Source: the human T2T-CHM13v2.0 reference genome, Homo sapiens. Taken from it: a DNA stretch of 64,000 bases. Shown here piece after piece: positions 13,870-26,573 of the stretch (the stretch's first letter is position 1; each line of letters starts with the position of its first letter). The stretch lies in NCBI RefSeq assembly GCF_009914755.1, contig NC_060947.1. One strand, 5' to 3'. A program made the translations under genes and the position numbers. Under the pieces are notes generated by a model. The model saw only the letters and a list, made by a program, of their open reading frames with translations, did not search any database and was not told the origin of the DNA.

Positions 13870-16052
13870 CATGAGTAAATCCAGAAAGCCCATCTTGGGG
13901 CTCATAGTGCAGAGGTTCCATAAAACAAAGGGATGATAGTGAAAATACCACCTAAAGAAAGCAACATGACCTAGTGCCAACCAGACTGTGTAAAACACAT
14001 TAAGTAGAGCCAAGCTGGACAAAAACCATTCTGGAAGTCACATTGGTCCCTGGTGGGTATATAATTGTGAATTGGGGTGGAGGGGGCTGTGACTCAACAC
14101 ATGGAGAAAATGAGGGCACAAATTAGGGACAACAGTCACCAACTATTTTGCCACCTGTTCCCTACAGGTCAGCTCTAGGGTAAGCCAGAAATTCAGAAAA
14201 CACATTTGTACTTATGTTTGTCTTAGTTTTCTATCTTTAATTTTACACCAGTTTAATCTCTGTATAAATAATACATTTAAACAGAGGTGAGCTCATAAGG
14301 GCTATCAAATCTTAGATTTTTCCTTTTAAAAAATTTACTATGATAACCAATAATCTTCCCATGTTAAGGTTATTATATGCATCCATTTTGAGTCATATAA
14401 TAGATATTCTGTCAAATGAGCATACCTTAATTTACTTAGCCACTCCTTCCCTGGAAATATCCAGTGCACACCTCCCACCAATATATTCTTTAATAATCAA
14501 TGAAAACATTTTGTGTAAACATTTTTTTGCTCTCGCTTCCTTTTGTTCCTTTGAGACTCTCAGAAGCGGGCTTAGTGAGTCAAGAGATAGAACACTCTCA
14601 ATACACTGCCAAATTACTCCCTCTGCACAAGTTGTGCCAATTTCTAATCCCACAAGCAGTGTGTAAAAATATTTACTATGCCTCATGCTCTGACCAGTAC
14701 TGGGGATCATTTAAAAAATTTTTTTTCCTTTCATTTTTAAGTTTAAAAATTAAGAACAAATACTTTGATAGATTTCTTTTATAACTCCTTAATCCATCTA
14801 GTAGTTTGCAAGTCATGAACTGACAATCTTCGTTCACCTCAAGTAATTAGATCTTGTGGTACCATTTATATTTCCTTTTTATAACTATAGATAACAAATT
14901 ATATAAAGATGTGAACATTCTTCCCTTATCACCTCCCCCTCTCCCACCCCAATCCTAGGAGTATCCTGAGTGAGCATGTATGCCTTCAAATCTTTTCATG
15001 TACATTCACATAAAATGTAACTTTAAAGACTCAATGTGTATATTATACACATAGGTATGTGAATATATAGCATGCATTTATTTAATTTGTTTTGACAAAG
15101 GTGAGATCCATACTGCTCTGCACCTTGCTTTGCTCACTTCTCATAGGCATCTTTCCATGTCAGTACATACCTACCTCTTCTTTTTAATATTCATAACACA
15201 TTCTATAATGTTATGTACTATAACCAGTCTCTGAACATTTAGGTTGTTCCCAATATTTCATTATTACAAAAATACTGCAATGCACATCAGTGTATACAAA
15301 TATTAGAGCATTAGTTAAGTACCTCTGAAGGATATATTCCAAGAGGAACTATTTAGCGAAAGGATTTGCTTATTTATAACTTTGATGAGATAGAGCCAAA
15401 TTCACCTCACAAAGAACTGTTTTAATTTGTACTCCTAACAAAAATATAAAAGTTCATTTTTTCATGACTTCAAGAACACTGGAAAAACATCTTTTTGAAA
15501 AAAAAAGGAGAGCGACTTTTCTTGGGCCAATCTAACATGTAGTAAGATAATTTCATTTGAATTTGTGTGATATCATCCTTCACACATTCAATGGTCACGT
15601 TATCGTATATGAATATTTTTGTTCTCTCTTCTACCAGGTTGTTTGCTATTATTTTCTAATAATTAAATATTAGTTTTATTTTATGTTGGAAATTTTTTTC
15701 CAAACCATCACTTTCTTTTGTCTAACGGTGTCTTACTATGACTGTTGTATGTATATGTGCATACATCTCTCAATATCACAGACAAATCTATCAGTTTTTT
15801 CCCTTGTGACCTTTGGCTTTTATGTCATGCTTAAGGAAAATGCTCCAAAAATACTGCAGAAGTGATTTCCTACTCATTATTGGTACTTTTATAGTTTTCC
15901 TCAAATGTATAACTAACTTTTTCTAATATTCGTCACTGAAGAGTTTATCCTTTCCCCATTGGTATGAAATACGGTTTTGTAACATTCTAAATTCTCAGAG
16001 GTATATGGGTCTTTTAAGGTACTCTCTTCTGAATGATTTTTGATTATTTAAC

Positions 16053-16330
16053 TTTTTTTTTTTTTCTTTTTTTGAGACGGAGTCTCGCTGTCACCTAGGC
16101 TGGAGTGCAGTGGCACGATCTTGGCTCACTGCAACCTCCGCCTCCTGGGTTCAAGCAATTCTCTGCCTCAGCCTCCTGAGTAGCTGGGATTATAGGCGCC
16201 CACCTGTATTTTTAGTAGAGACGGGGTTTCACCATCTTGGCCAGGCTGGTCTTGAACTCCTGACCTCGTGATCCACACACCTCGGCCTCCCAAAGTGCTG
16301 GGATTACAGGCGTAAGCCACCGCGCTCAGC
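16053..16330 (-). mobile_element. Alu (AluS-like, small internal deletion)
   Basis: Alu consensus in reverse orientation. Confidence 0.92.
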
Positions 16331-18144
16331 AATTATTTAACTTTTAAAGGTATCACTGTCTCTAGGCCATCTGTTCTGTCACAGTGGTATATCTGATAGT
16401 TCTCACCAGTATTAATTTAATTATCACAGTTTAAAGGCATAAATTTTGCTCTTGAAAATAACACTTGTAAATGGATGGCTACACTAAGAATATTTGATGC
16501 AGTATTATCTTAAATAGCAAAACACTAGGACCAATAGAAAAGGTTATCAATAGTGATTTCACATATTATGTGATTAACGTTTTATAATAAAATATATATA
16601 TTTAAAACTCACACTGACTTTCTGATCTACTTTTATTCATGGATCTCACAAATGGCCAGCCCAATTTTTCAGTTAATCATCATTGCATATTGTATACTTT
16701 GTAGACATATCATTCAGACTGGGCTCATTCCCTCCTTCTAAGTTCTACCCATCCTCTGTGGCTCAGGTCCAGGTCCTCTTCCTCTGTGAGGCTTTTTTTT
16801 CTCTATTTCTGGTCACCCTGACCCTTGCTTTCTCTGAGTCCCTGTTGGCTTAACAGTCCACCCCCTACCTTTGGCCCCTAATCATTCTCTAAATGGTCTC
16901 ATGTAAAGGTATTCTGTGCCTACCGATCTAATGCATCTCTTCCAGGAGGGCAGTGCCCTCCTCCGAAACCTACTTTTCAGAAGAGAGAAAAAAAAGGAAA
17001 TTACAGTGACTCCATATGTAGCTGTCAAAAGGCTGAAAAACCTTCAAATCCTACTTCATCTCTCCACACAAGCAATGGGCCATTTGGGAATCAGACTGCA
17101 AATGCTAACATCTTTTGTGTATGCATGTGTCAGAAAAGAGTGTGAGTAACATTTTGTTGGAATAAACCTTTAAATGCACATATACCATATCAGTTACATT
17201 CATATCAATTTTCTCTTCTGGATCTTGAAACATTTCCATTACATGTAATAGATTTTTTTTTTTAAGTCTGAGACAAAGGAGGAATGATACAAAAGCTGTT
17301 AGCAGACTGAATATTCAGTGAAAAGATTTGCTTATTTATAAATTTGGTTTGAACTGCTAGCTAAAATTATAGCTCCTGGAAATTCCCTCATAAATAAATA
17401 TGATCAATATATTTGAAACCTTTCTAGATTGTTAAGACAAGCCAGAAGTCATAATTTCGGAATTCAGTTCTAGTGGTAACTGCTGCTTCTGGAAAATGAG
17501 GAGAGAAACCAACGGTATTAATTATTATTTTTTTTTTACACAATTCCAAAAAGAAATATATCCACTGCTTTTAGAAGTAGGTGTAAATGTGTAGATAAAA
17601 CATGAGATTATCAGGACTAACAGAACCATAATTATTATTAAAGCAAATACTTACATGTGCCATGCACTGTCCTGGTACTTTACATGTAATCCTCTCAACA
17701 ATCCTATGAAGTAGGAACTATTATTATCACCTCTGTTTCATATACGAGGAACTTAGGTATAAAGTGAGTAAATATCTTGCCCAAGATCACATAGTTAAGT
17801 GGCAGAGCCAGGATTTAAATTCAGGAAGTATTTGCTCTTAACCACTAAACTATGCTGCATATAGGATGCTCCAAGGAAAAATGTAATCTATGGAACTGTG
17901 GAACTACTACAGGAGATTGACTGTAGTATCTTTTATCAAGGGATGTAAGATTACAAAGCCCTCTGTTGCTTATGCACTTTCTATACTGGAACTATCAATG
18001 GACTTAGCTCCACCCTTCCCTTCTCAGAATTTAGACTACTTTCCCAGATAGGAGCTTATTAATTTTCAAAATATTCCTGGACAGTTAGGAAGGTTATGTG
18101 GTATTATCCTGTTTGAGAACTGAGGACAGAAGGGAGGCACTTAC

Positions 18145-18234
18145 CCAAGATTCTGTAATCAGGGAAGGTTCTGCAATCAGGATCAGATCTCCTGATCCTC
18201 ACTATACAGCAAACTTAGCTTTTCTGATGGTGAC
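18145..18234 (-). other. MORF4L2: MORF4L2 5'UTR exon (90 nt)
   Basis: Acceptor CCTTTTGTTTGACCTTCTAG| and donor TGG|GTAAGT, located between the CpG promoter and the CDS exon. Confidence 0.75.
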
Positions 18235-19479
18235 CTAGAAGGTCAAACAAAAGGACAAGAAAGAACATAAAATAAAAAGATATGAGATATGGCTTTCTTC
18301 TACATCAGCCAATGCAATTTCATCACACACAAAGGACACCAAAGCTGATAAATAATGTACAAGTGTTTCTTTTTCCTTTCTTGTGGCCACATTTTCAAAT
18401 TTAATTTATTGTACATTTGTATAATTTCTGACAAATTTGTTTTTTAACTTTCCTTAAATATAATTTCAAATGGATGAAATAAAAAAGAAATAGTATTATA
18501 AACCTACACGAATCCATCATCCAGCTTTCAACAATTACCAACTGAAGGCCATCTTGTTTCATCTATAACCCCACCCACTGCTCCCCCCCACCCCCGACTT
18601 TTTCAAGCTCACCGGAATATCTGACTTCTGTATTTTATTATAGAAAAATTTAAACGTATACCAAGGAAAGCAGATTAATATACGCAACCCACTGCCTATC
18701 ACTCAGCAAAAAAATATTATTAATTTAGGGCCAATTTTGTTTCATCTATACCCCTCCCCATTTCCCCCTACCGCTGAGATTATTTTGAAGCAAATCCTAG
18801 TCATTAATGTATTTAGAAGCCAATCCCAGACATTATTTAATCCGTAAATATTTTCGTATGTCTCTACAAAAAAGGACAATTTGAAAACATAATCACAATA
18901 CTACTGTGACGCCTAAAAAAACTGACATCAATTCCCTAAAAAACATCAAATATCGAATCCGTGTCCCAATTTTCCCGATGCGTCTTAAACATATTTTTAC
19001 AGTTGGTGTGTTCGATTCAGGATCCAAACAAGGCCTACTCATCGCATGTGGTTCATCTCCAGCTCGCTCTCGTTCTCCATCTCTTTCTTTCTTGCACTCC
19101 CCCCCCCCCACCTTTTATTTAACTTTTCAATATAGGAAAATTACAATCTCTGCTATTTTGAGGCAATTCCCAAATAACAAATTATTTCATTGGTAAAAAT
19201 TGGTATATCTATTTTATCTTTAATTTATTCTAGGAAAGAAGTTGATGGCAGAAAGGGCACTACAATTAGCGAATTTATATAATTTATAATTTTTCTCATT
19301 CTATTACGCGTATTATTTATCTCCATAACAATAGCTAATATCTTCAGGGGCCAGGCTTCACATTACGTGCCTTATACGCACTATTATACAGTACACGTCT
19401 CTGAGGTAGATACTATTATTATCACCATTTTACAAACATGGAAACCGAGACACAGAAAGAACAGGAGCCTTGCCCAAGC

Positions 19480-20540
19480 TGGGCGTTGGCGAGCAGGAAT
19501 CTGAATCCAGCTCTGACCGATTGTGAAGGCACTAGGTAATCCCGTCTATACCCGACGAAAAAAGGAAATCATCGACCCTTTCTCCCCACCCCCACCCCGA
19601 AACCTGAAACGAGAATCCAGATCTTCCCAGCAGCCGACGTGTGATCACTGCCGTTCCTCCAACCGCCATAGTAAAGCCAGGTTTCTCTGGCAACTGATAT
19701 CCATAGGCAGACACGTCACCCTGGAGGAGGGCGTATGCCCTTCAGCCAATCACAATCGTCTTGTCTAAGTTTTAGAATGTTCCATAATCAAGTGATTGGA
19801 CAACCACCCCCACGTCAGCAATGACACTTCGCCGCAGTAAAGGCGGGTGCTAGCAACCTGCTTCTTCACTGTTAAGGTCTACAGCAAACCAATCCTCTTC
19901 CTCCGTTAGTGCGAGTTCCGGCCAATGACGTTCGCCCTCTTAGGTTTTTTTTTTTTAGCCCGCCCTCCAAAAGCGTGACAGCCGTTGGGTCATAAGTCTA
20001 CAGGGCAGAATGTTCACGTGGCCTATTTCACGACCCAGAGTTCCTCTGACCAGAGGGTTTTTTTTTTTCCTTTTCCTTTTTTTTTTTTTTCCTGCAGGGA
20101 GGCATTATGGGTTTGTGGTTTTTTTCCCCCCCCACTGGGAGAGGAAGTGTCTACGTGGCCTGCGGAAATAGGATAGGCGGAAATGAGCTAAGGTTCCCGC
20201 GAGTGGGGAAGCGCGAGGTCAAATCTGGGGCCACGCCCCCAGTCCTGTGGCGCAACTCCCCGAACACGGAAAAAAAAGGCGCAGTGGGGGTTCTGCTGTG
20301 TTTGCAAGTGAGGGTCGTGAGTGCAACGGGCGCAAGGCATTAAGGCCAGTGTGTTAGTGCGCGGGCAGGCTCGCGTGGTGCTGGGGTTGCTGTGTGAGCG
20401 GCCCTCGTGGCTCGGGAGGTGCTGTGTTTGCGCAGGCGTGCGCCCCTGGCGTCGGGACTGGTGAGAGCCACGGCGGGCGCGCGCGCGTGCGTGATGGTGG
20501 GGGCGGTGCAGGGAGGGGTTTGCTACTGCGCGCAGGTTGT
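19480..20540. promoter_or_regulatory. MORF4L2: CpG-rich bidirectional promoter region (MORF4L2 / MORF4L2-AS1)
   Basis: Sharp rise in CpG density; several CCAAT/ATTGG boxes (19746, 19795, 19889, 19922), TGACGT-type sites (19712, 19810, 19926) and a YY1-like CCGCCAT (19663). Confidence 0.85.
19604..19750 (-). other. MORF4L2: MORF4L2 probable main first exon (5' boundary approximate)
   Basis: Lies inside the CpG promoter; candidate donor CAG|GTTTCG at 19604 followed by a G-rich intron start. Confidence 0.55.
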
Positions 20541-20962
20541 TATCTATTTCTGTGTTATATTTGAAAATGTTCTAATGAAAAGGAAAATAAATAATTAAGG
20601 AAAGGCGACAATAACAGATAAAGGGGCACTGTCAGAAATATTTTGGCTTTCCGTACTGATTTAATTACTTTAAAAATACACTTCCTACGTTTTCCTCCGT
20701 GCCAAAATCCTGTCGTAAACCACAGCCCTCCAATGATTCAGAGCCAAACCCTTCCATCGCCGCATTAGCAACTCCAAAGGGAGGCTTCTTTCAAGTTCTC
20801 TAGTATCGTCCTCCCTCCCCTCCTCCACACCTACCCCCTCCCTTCAAGGTTGCGTGCAGTTCTCTTGGCACAAATACAATTTTCCTGTGAGAATATCTAT
20901 CTACGACAGCCTTCCCCTCCGTTAGGGACTCCGGATTTCTGTGGCGACTGAGGCGCTCTTAC

Positions 20963-21130
20963 CTTTGCGTCCTGATCTCCAAGCAAGCACACTGACCTTC
21001 TTCAGGCAAATACGCACTGTTAATTTTCCAGAAAGTTCTGTGAGTAAGGTTTATACCTCTCGAGTCTGCCACTAGATGCCGCCAAATCCCAGCAAAGGAT
21101 TGGCTGTTTGGTCCCTGGGATTCTGGGATT
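20963..21130 (-). other. MORF4L2: Probable distal alternative first exon of MORF4L2 (5' boundary approximate)
   Basis: Strong donor AAG|GTAAGA at 20963; CCAAT boxes at ~21099 and ~21158. Confidence 0.5.
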
Positions 21131-21898
21131 TTGTTTCCCTCCCCCCTCCCCTTTCTGATTTGCTGAACGGTAATATCTATAGGCATCATGGATATCGTTC
21201 ATTCCTAGGAAAAAATAAAATCAACTTCTGTAAATAGCACTAGTAGGCAGGGGACTGTGACCCAAGATCCAAATAATTTTGCTCATTTCTTTCCTTTTCT
21301 CCTTGGGTTAAAAAAAAAAAAAGGCCCCTCTCCATCCCTCTTTTCTTTTGTCCTTGCCTTGTTTAATCAAAGAGTTAATGAATGACGCAAGCACTGATGC
21401 TGAAGATCCTAACCCTTTTTCCTCACCTTTTCAAATGCTCGCAACTCACCCAAACTGAAAATACAGATAGCTGTTCCGTCAGTAAAGATAGATAAGAACT
21501 CATCAGTAAAACCTGGACCCTGGTATTGAAAACTGATTTTCCTTTTCTCTTGAAATTTGTATCAGATATGTGTTTTTGCACCCTATTTTCTGTAGTGGTA
21601 TTGGTAAACTTTATTGTGTCTTTGGAGTAAGAGAAAGAGACCTAATTGTAAACCTCATTCCACCACTTACTAGTCTCAGTACCCTGGGCAAATGATTTAT
21701 GTTTTGTGATCCTCAGTTTTTTTGTATGCTTTCTATATTTTAGATGCTGTGTTATATCGTTCACGTTGATTTTTTTATTCATCACCAAGTCCTTATTAGA
21801 TGAGCACTACTGGATCAAAGTCAAACAACAAAAATCATACCCCTTTCAATTATCTATCTTATATACTTGTACACCACACAGGAGGGATTTTTTTAGAG

Positions 21899-22091
21899 CA
21901 GTGGTTCCCAAGGTGTGTTTCCTGGATGTACCAGAAACATCAGCGTCACCTGAAAAGTTGTCAGAAATTCGGATTCTCAGGTCCCACCTCAAACTTAATG
22001 AATCAGAAGTTCGCAGGGTGGGGTTTAGTAATCTGTGTTATTACAAACTATCCCAGTGATTCCAGCACACACTGAAGTTTGAGAGCCACTG
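21899..22091. mobile_element. MER5A-like hAT DNA transposon
   Basis: cagtggttcccaa...aagtttgagagccactg termini. Confidence 0.75.
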
Positions 22092-22618
22092 CTTTGGAGA
22101 GTAGAAATGCAATGCATATTTTTGTACACACCACTAGAGGGTGCTACAGAATGTAAAGCAAAATAATAAATGATGCACAGTATATGTTTTCAGACACCCT
22201 CTATATTATCAGTCCTATTTTACAGATTAAAAACTAATGTGTAGATATGTCAAATTATTTTCTTAGTGTACGCAACAAGTATGGGAACCAGGATTTGAAC
22301 TTCACCTGCCTCTAGCCCAAGCCCCTAATAGTACTCTGTTGTTTAACCATGATGACTTGTCTTTCCAAGCCTCAAAATACATTAGAAATATCTTGTTCCC
22401 TGCTTTGGCTAATGTTGACTGGAGTGTCAAGAAGAGTGCAGGAAAGCAAACCAAGTAAGTGGAAATATTTCGATGTTTCATTCTCATACCCTTCCTCATC
22501 TCCATTCTATAATAGCATATCACATCAAGGCTTCTAAATGTTTTCTTTCTTGTTTTTTAATTCCCCAAATAATGTTCTCTTTACTCTGCAATTGCCTTTT
22601 TTATTTATGTCTAAATCT

Positions 22619-22945
22619 CTTTTTTTTTTTAACGGAATTTCTCTCTGTCGCCCAGGCTGGAGTGAAGTGGCGCGATCTCAGCTCACTGCAATCTCAGCTC
22701 ACTGCAATCTCCGCCCTCCCCTCCACCCAACCCCAACCCTGGTTCAAGCAATTCTCCCGCCTCAGCCTCCCGAGTAGCTGGGATTACAGGCATGTGCCAC
22801 CACGCCCGGCTAATTTTTCTATTTTTAGTAGAGATGGGGTTTCACCATGTTGGCCAGGCTGGTCTCAAACTCCTGACCTCAGGTGATCCACCCGCCTCGC
22901 CTCCCAAAGTGCTGGGATTACAGGTGTGAGCCACTGCACCCAGCC
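22619..22945 (-). mobile_element. Alu (AluS-like) with an internal tandem duplication
   Basis: Alu reverse-complement; atctcagctcactgca is duplicated. Confidence 0.92.
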
Positions 22946-23329
22946 ATATGTCTAAATCTCTTCTATGTGTGTTGAAGTTATCAGGGTGGTGAGGAAACAG
23001 TTATTGAAAACCTGTTATGGGCCACACACTCTATACACCCATTAATCTCAACAATAGGCCTGCAAATTGGGTGATATCATCATTATTTTATAGATAATGA
23101 AAGTGAATTCTGCAGTGTGTAATTACTTATCTTTGGTCATATAACTTGTAAATAGTGGAACCTGGATAATTCCTGGCATATCTGCCCATATTATTTTACT
23201 AAGCTTTCTACTTTTTGGCTTTGAAGCTGGTTTAGTTATTTACTTGTTAAGTGACTTTAAGTTATTTAACTTTTCTAAGCCTCAGTGTCACATATTAAAT
23301 GGGAACAAATATTTCTATTTCATAATCTT

Positions 23330-23533
23330 AGAGCCACACTATCCAATACTGTAGCCATTAGTCATATGTGACTATTTAAATTTAAATGCAGTAAAATTTA
23401 AAAATTTAGATCCTCAGTTGCACTAGTCTCATTCCAGGAGCTCGATAGCTACTTACAGTTAGTGGCTACCATATTAGACAGTGCAGATACAGAACATTTC
23501 CACCACCACAGAAAGTTCTACTGGACAGTGCTG
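23330..23533. mobile_element. MER3/MER33-like hAT DNA transposon
   Basis: ctatccaatactgtagccattagtcatatgtgactatttaaa...agaaagttctactggacagtgctg. Confidence 0.7.
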
Positions 23534-26109
23534 ATTTAGAGGATATAAGGTATATAAAAGGGCCTAACACGGTGCATATCTCATGGCAGATGCCCGAGAA
23601 AAGTGATCTCGTCTGCTTTTTTCTTTCAGCATCAGAGCTAGGGGTGTTCTCCTGTTTTATTGATGGAGTTGGGAGAGGGAAGTAACTTACCCAAGGTAGT
23701 GTGATAGGGGATATATCTGGCACCGGGACCCACATCTCCTAACTCTTGCTCTAACATTCTGTCTAGTATACCCATCATTATGCTTTACTCTACTGAGTGA
23801 GGTTTCAAGGCCAAGCATGTGAACAGTGTGAATTAACTTTGGAATCAGGGTGGTAGCAGAAAAAGGCATAGGAACTGAATGTCTCCTGTGTGCCACATAG
23901 CACTGTGCCCAGCTTTTTACATCTGGTATCTTAGCAAATCCTCAGTGAAGCCCAGAGAATAAATACCCCAAGTTGCTCAGCAAGTAAATGGCAGACCAAG
24001 CCCAGGCTTTTTCCCATTATGTCATGCTACTCCCTCAAATGTGAATACTCCCCTGCCACCTCCACTTACTAGTGGGTCCTCAGAAAATGGGAATTACTCC
24101 TCTTTTGAATGTATAGCTGAACCGCTGTCTTCACAGTCTGTTTCAACTGGAATGGAAAAATAGCTTAGGTCAATGTTTGTTTGGCTCCAAGGCCAGACAG
24201 AGAATATTTATGGTCCCAGCCTTCAAAGGACAGGCAATGCTCTGAGAACCCTGTGTTAATTTTCAAGGCCACCATTAGCTCATACCTTGCTTTTGTGCTA
24301 ATTAGAAAAGCATGTCACCTGGGGGGCAGAGAAATTGTAGAGAAGGGCCCATTCCAGTGGAACAATGAGAAAAATAACTTTTCTTTCTGTAGGCTGTTGC
24401 AACCTCACCAGAACAGCTGAAGAATGAATTTCAGCCTGGACTCTACCTTATTAGTTGGGCACCCTTGGGGAGGGTGCAACCTGCCCAACATTTTCTGCTG
24501 GCCCTGTCTTACCTCATGACTAAGAGAGCCTTCCTAGGTCTGGAAGGTAGCAGTCAGTCTGTTCTGGAGGGTGGAGAGAGACACCAGTGTTTTCCCATGG
24601 TTTCTGGGTAGTAGATAAAATTGGTCTATTCTAAGGTTAATTTGATATTTTAAAATTTTGATTCTGACTAGCTTATTGGATTTTTTTGAATAATGTTTGA
24701 TTAATGTAAAGGTTAAAAATAAAACCTAATATTTCAGCTAAGCAAATGGTATTTCTTTAATAAGGATGTATTTCTATCTATTTATACCTGCCTCATTCCA
24801 TAGGAATTTTATAAAGCCAGTCCAGGAATGTAGTCTGAATCAATCTAGTTTGCTAGCCTGTGAGACCAGGGCAAAGATGAAAATAGTCATGGGAAAGTTT
24901 TATCCTTTTAGGGGTATCTGTCTTCTTCTAGTTCCTCTCTCCTCCTTTGACAAATCCCCACCCCGAGACTGACCTACCCATTTGACAGAATGAGATTACT
25001 TCTTCAAATGACCCAAAACACTGAGATCCTGAACCTAATCAATAATGTCCTTGGATGACCTTGGGATGCCAGATTCACACATAATTCCTTGTTGTCCCCT
25101 TCCTGAGTTAATAGTTTAGCATACAATTTACCAAAATTTGTAGTTTCCTGAGCCACAGACTTCACTTGGAATGATCATATAAAGTCATCCATGCTACATA
25201 CCAACCCACAGAAATGAGGACCGCTTTCCTCCAGTGTATGCTGAGTCCTACAATCTGAGCACTGCTTCAAGAGGATGCCTTGAGTCATTTTTCCAGAGTT
25301 AAATTTGCTTATGCTTCTAACCTCCACCTACAGTCCCCGTTACACTGGGAATGATAAAAACTATGCCTTTTGAAAATATAAGCTGTCATGTTATTAAAGA
25401 TGACAAACCAGTAGTAGTTAAAGTGCTGCATCTAAATTGTTGAAGCTTGTTACGTGGGAGTTCATTAGACTGTTTTTCCTACTTTTGTGTATTTTTGAAG
25501 TTTTCCATAATAAAACATTTAAAAAGACAAAAAATGTTTTAAAGTGCTTCATCAGTCCTGAGGAAGAGAACGCACATGGGTTTCTCTTTAGAAGAGTACT
25601 TATTAACCAAGGGGTTAGGTAGAATGTACACCCTTTAGTAGAGACATACCCTGTAAAAATCTGGGGAGGGGGGCGTTTTAGATTGAAAAAGCCTCTTTGC
25701 CAAAAATTCTGGTTAGGTCTTCTAGAAGGGAAATATCCTTCTGCCTGCAATCCCCCTCCACCAAACCCCACAAGTAAGTCTTGCTGTAATGAACCACTAT
25801 TGGTGAAAGAAGTATATCATATCCCTTGGGCGATTGAGAGTGGAGGGAGCTTGAAAACCATGGAAACAGACCTCAGCTAATTGGCAAAAACTGTTAGCCA
25901 GCAGGAAGAGAAGCACAGGCAAAGGGAGTATTGGGGCAGGAGATGGAACTTGGAGTGTAATGGGGCTTCATTCTCACCCCAGGTGAGTGCTGGAGAGGAC
26001 AAAGCTGCTAATGACAGAGGACACCAGGGAGCAGAATATGTGGCAAAGAGGTCCTCACTGAGGACCTCAGGGTATTCTTGGAAGGCTCTGGGCCCCATCT
26101 GACTTGCAG

Positions 26110-26423
<314 letters not shown>

Positions 26424-26528
26424 GACCTGCAGTTTTTAAAACAGTGGGGTGGATCCCTGTCTCTCACCATACACAAAAATCAACAACAACAACAATAAAA
26501 CAATGGGAAAGCTGCCTGAAGGCAAAGA

Positions 26529-26529
<1 letters not shown>

Positions 26530-26570
<41 letters not shown>
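26530..26570. repeat. (CA)n microsatellite
   Basis: About 20 perfect CA units. Confidence 0.95.

Positions 26571-26573
<3 letters not shown>

Larger units (their letters stand above)
20260..25530 (+). ncRNA. MORF4L2-AS1: Probable MORF4L2 antisense lncRNA (boundaries approximate, exons not resolved)
   Basis: Recalled locus organisation; divergent CpG-rich start and AATAAA at 25509-25514; no long ORF. Confidence 0.45.

Noticed and set aside
17420-17488. Possible additional MORF4L2 5'UTR cassette exon (acceptor TCTCTCCTCATTTTCCAG on -)
   Set aside because: The donor AAG|GTTTCA is weak, so it cannot be called without transcript data
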